Notes under the pieces: model-generated
What the model saw: only the letters and a program-made list of their open reading frames with translations
Database searches by the model: none
Told to the model about the DNA's origin: nothing
Made by a program: the position numbers and the translations under genes
Shown: piece after piece, positions 62,898 to 64,000 of the stretch
Position numbering within the stretch: the first letter of the stretch is position 1
How the letters are laid out: each line of letters opens with the position of its first letter
Assembly: GCA_963729715.1 (NCBI GenBank)
Contig: CAVSPA010000004.1
Coordinates: forward strand, 384,001-448,000
Direction of reading: 5' to 3'
Length of the DNA: 64,000 bases
Origin: an uncultured delta proteobacterium
GTDB taxonomy: Bacteria > Desulfobacterota > Syntrophia > Syntrophales > UBA2185

Positions 62898-63353
62898 GGT
62901 GTCCTCCTGGGTTTTTGTCAGGAGTCCTAACGGCTTTCATCGGATTTATCCAGCGTCGTTTATCCCTTCATCAGGGGTGGCGGATTGGATCGGAATCGGG
63001 TGGCGCTTTCCGTCATATTCGGGTGGCGGAATGAATCATATTAGGGTGGCGCTTTCAATCATATTCGGGTGGCGGCTTGCGTCGGAATACTCAGTATGGA
63101 TACTCGACTCTAAATCCTTACAGTGTTCCATTCGACTAATTCGCTGAATGCCAGTTGAAATGCGCACTACATGAACTGCCTATTTTTCCGTCAAAGGAAA
63201 GTGTGAATGACTTCCTTGTTGTTTTCTACATTCAGACAACACGTACTACACTTCACTCGGTAATGGCTAAAAAATCGCAGGACTCTAAGTCAAAATTTGT
63301 CACATGTTCTGGGGCAGGTCAACATCCGCCGTGACTATTCGTAGCTTCGCAAG

Positions 63354-64000
63354 CTACTTAATCTCCCCAATCTTCGCTTTTGCTATTCTCGCCTGATCGG
63401 TGCCCGGATAGTCCTTTACAACCTGTTCCAGGAGGAGTTTTGCACTTGACTTATCGCCAAGATTCAGAAAAGCAAACCCCTGCTTCAGCAAGGCGCTGGG
63501 CACTTTGCTGCCCTGTGGATAATCTTTTATCACTTTCTCATATTCCAAGATAGCTTGTTCGTAATTCTTTTCAAAATAGTAACACTGGCCAATCCAGAAT
63601 TGTGCGCTATCCGAATATTCCGTGTTTGGATATTGCTTCAGAAAGTTTTGAAACCCTTCTCGAGCCTTCTCATACTTTTTTCCCTTAAAGGCATCATAAG
63701 CCGACTCATAAGCCAATTCCTTTTCCGTCTTAGCAGGTACGGCTCTTTTTGAATCGTCGCGAACGACCTTCTCACCCTGGGGAGCCTGATTGGCGCCACT
63801 CCCAATCTCAAGAATTTTCTCCATGGCCTCCATGCGGGAAGAAAGTTGATCAAATTGCTTCTTTATATCGATGAGTTCCTTTTTCAAGTCAGCCTCGCCT
63901 TTTCCTAGTACCTCACGATCTCCCTTCAAATTCTCCATGCCTTCTCTAATTTCGATCATGTCTGCCGCAATATCGGCGATCCTCTTGCGTATATCCGTTA
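63354..64000 (-). CDS. cpoB: Tol-Pal associated TPR protein CpoB/YbgF (5' end outside window)
   Basis: Coiled coil then TPRs AQFWIGQCYY, ALLKQG, VKDYPGT. Confidence 0.85.
   Translation of the reverse strand, partial: TDIRKRIADIAADMIEIREGMENLKGDREVLGKGEADLKKELIDIKKQFDQLSSRMEAMEKILEIGSGANQAPQGEKVVRDDSKRAVPAKTEKELAYESAYDAFKGKKYEKAREGFQNFLKQYPNTEYSDSAQFWIGQCYYFEKNYEQAILEYEKVIKDYPQGSKVPSALLKQGFAFLNLGDKSSAKLLLEQVVKDYPGTDQARIAKAKIGEIK

Larger units (their letters stand above)
60452..63093 (-). mobile_element. IS21-family insertion sequence (2642 bp)
   Basis: TG...CA ends, IRs TGCCTATTCCGA / TGAGTATTCCGA, multiple subterminal repeats, GTATGGA duplicated at 60445-60451 and 63094-63100. Confidence 0.95.

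Noticed and set aside
62970..63093. Short periodic GGGTGGCG repeats resembling a CRISPR array (also 60452-60548)
   Set aside because: About 22-bp period without real spacers; these are IS21 subterminal transposase sites, and there are no cas genes.

Overview
Chromosomal window from an anaerobic bacterium, most likely Desulfobacterota/Syntrophales-like (inferred from gene content). Most of it is housekeeping backbone: tRNA-Gln, an hcp pseudogene, tag, MrfA/MrfB-type repair pair, ihfB-sppA-rpsA-cmk, nrdDG, lptFG, metK-ahcY, panCD, rsmA-tsaD, nadB, purB, tRNA-Met, aminotransferase, PMM/PGM and a partial cpoB. The main finding is a precisely bounded 12,868-bp Mu-like transposable element at 19757..32624, with 26-bp imperfect terminal inverted repeats, a 5-bp TCCGT target duplication and TA rather than TG/CA termini. 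It has a complete Mu-type control and transposition module (repressor, ner, MuA, MuB, Mor-like, GemA) but only three recognisable virion genes, in the order tape measure, major capsid, portal. I could recognise no terminase, protease, tail or lysis genes. It is a candidate transposable (DDE-mobilised) phage satellite. Also present: a pan-motif attenuator upstream of panC, tandem NrdR boxes, a tRNA-Pro 3' att remnant, a RelE/HigB-HigA module with a nonsense-inactivated toxin, and a complete IS21-family element with a 7-bp target duplication. All protein calls come from motif recognition by eye; no database searches were run.
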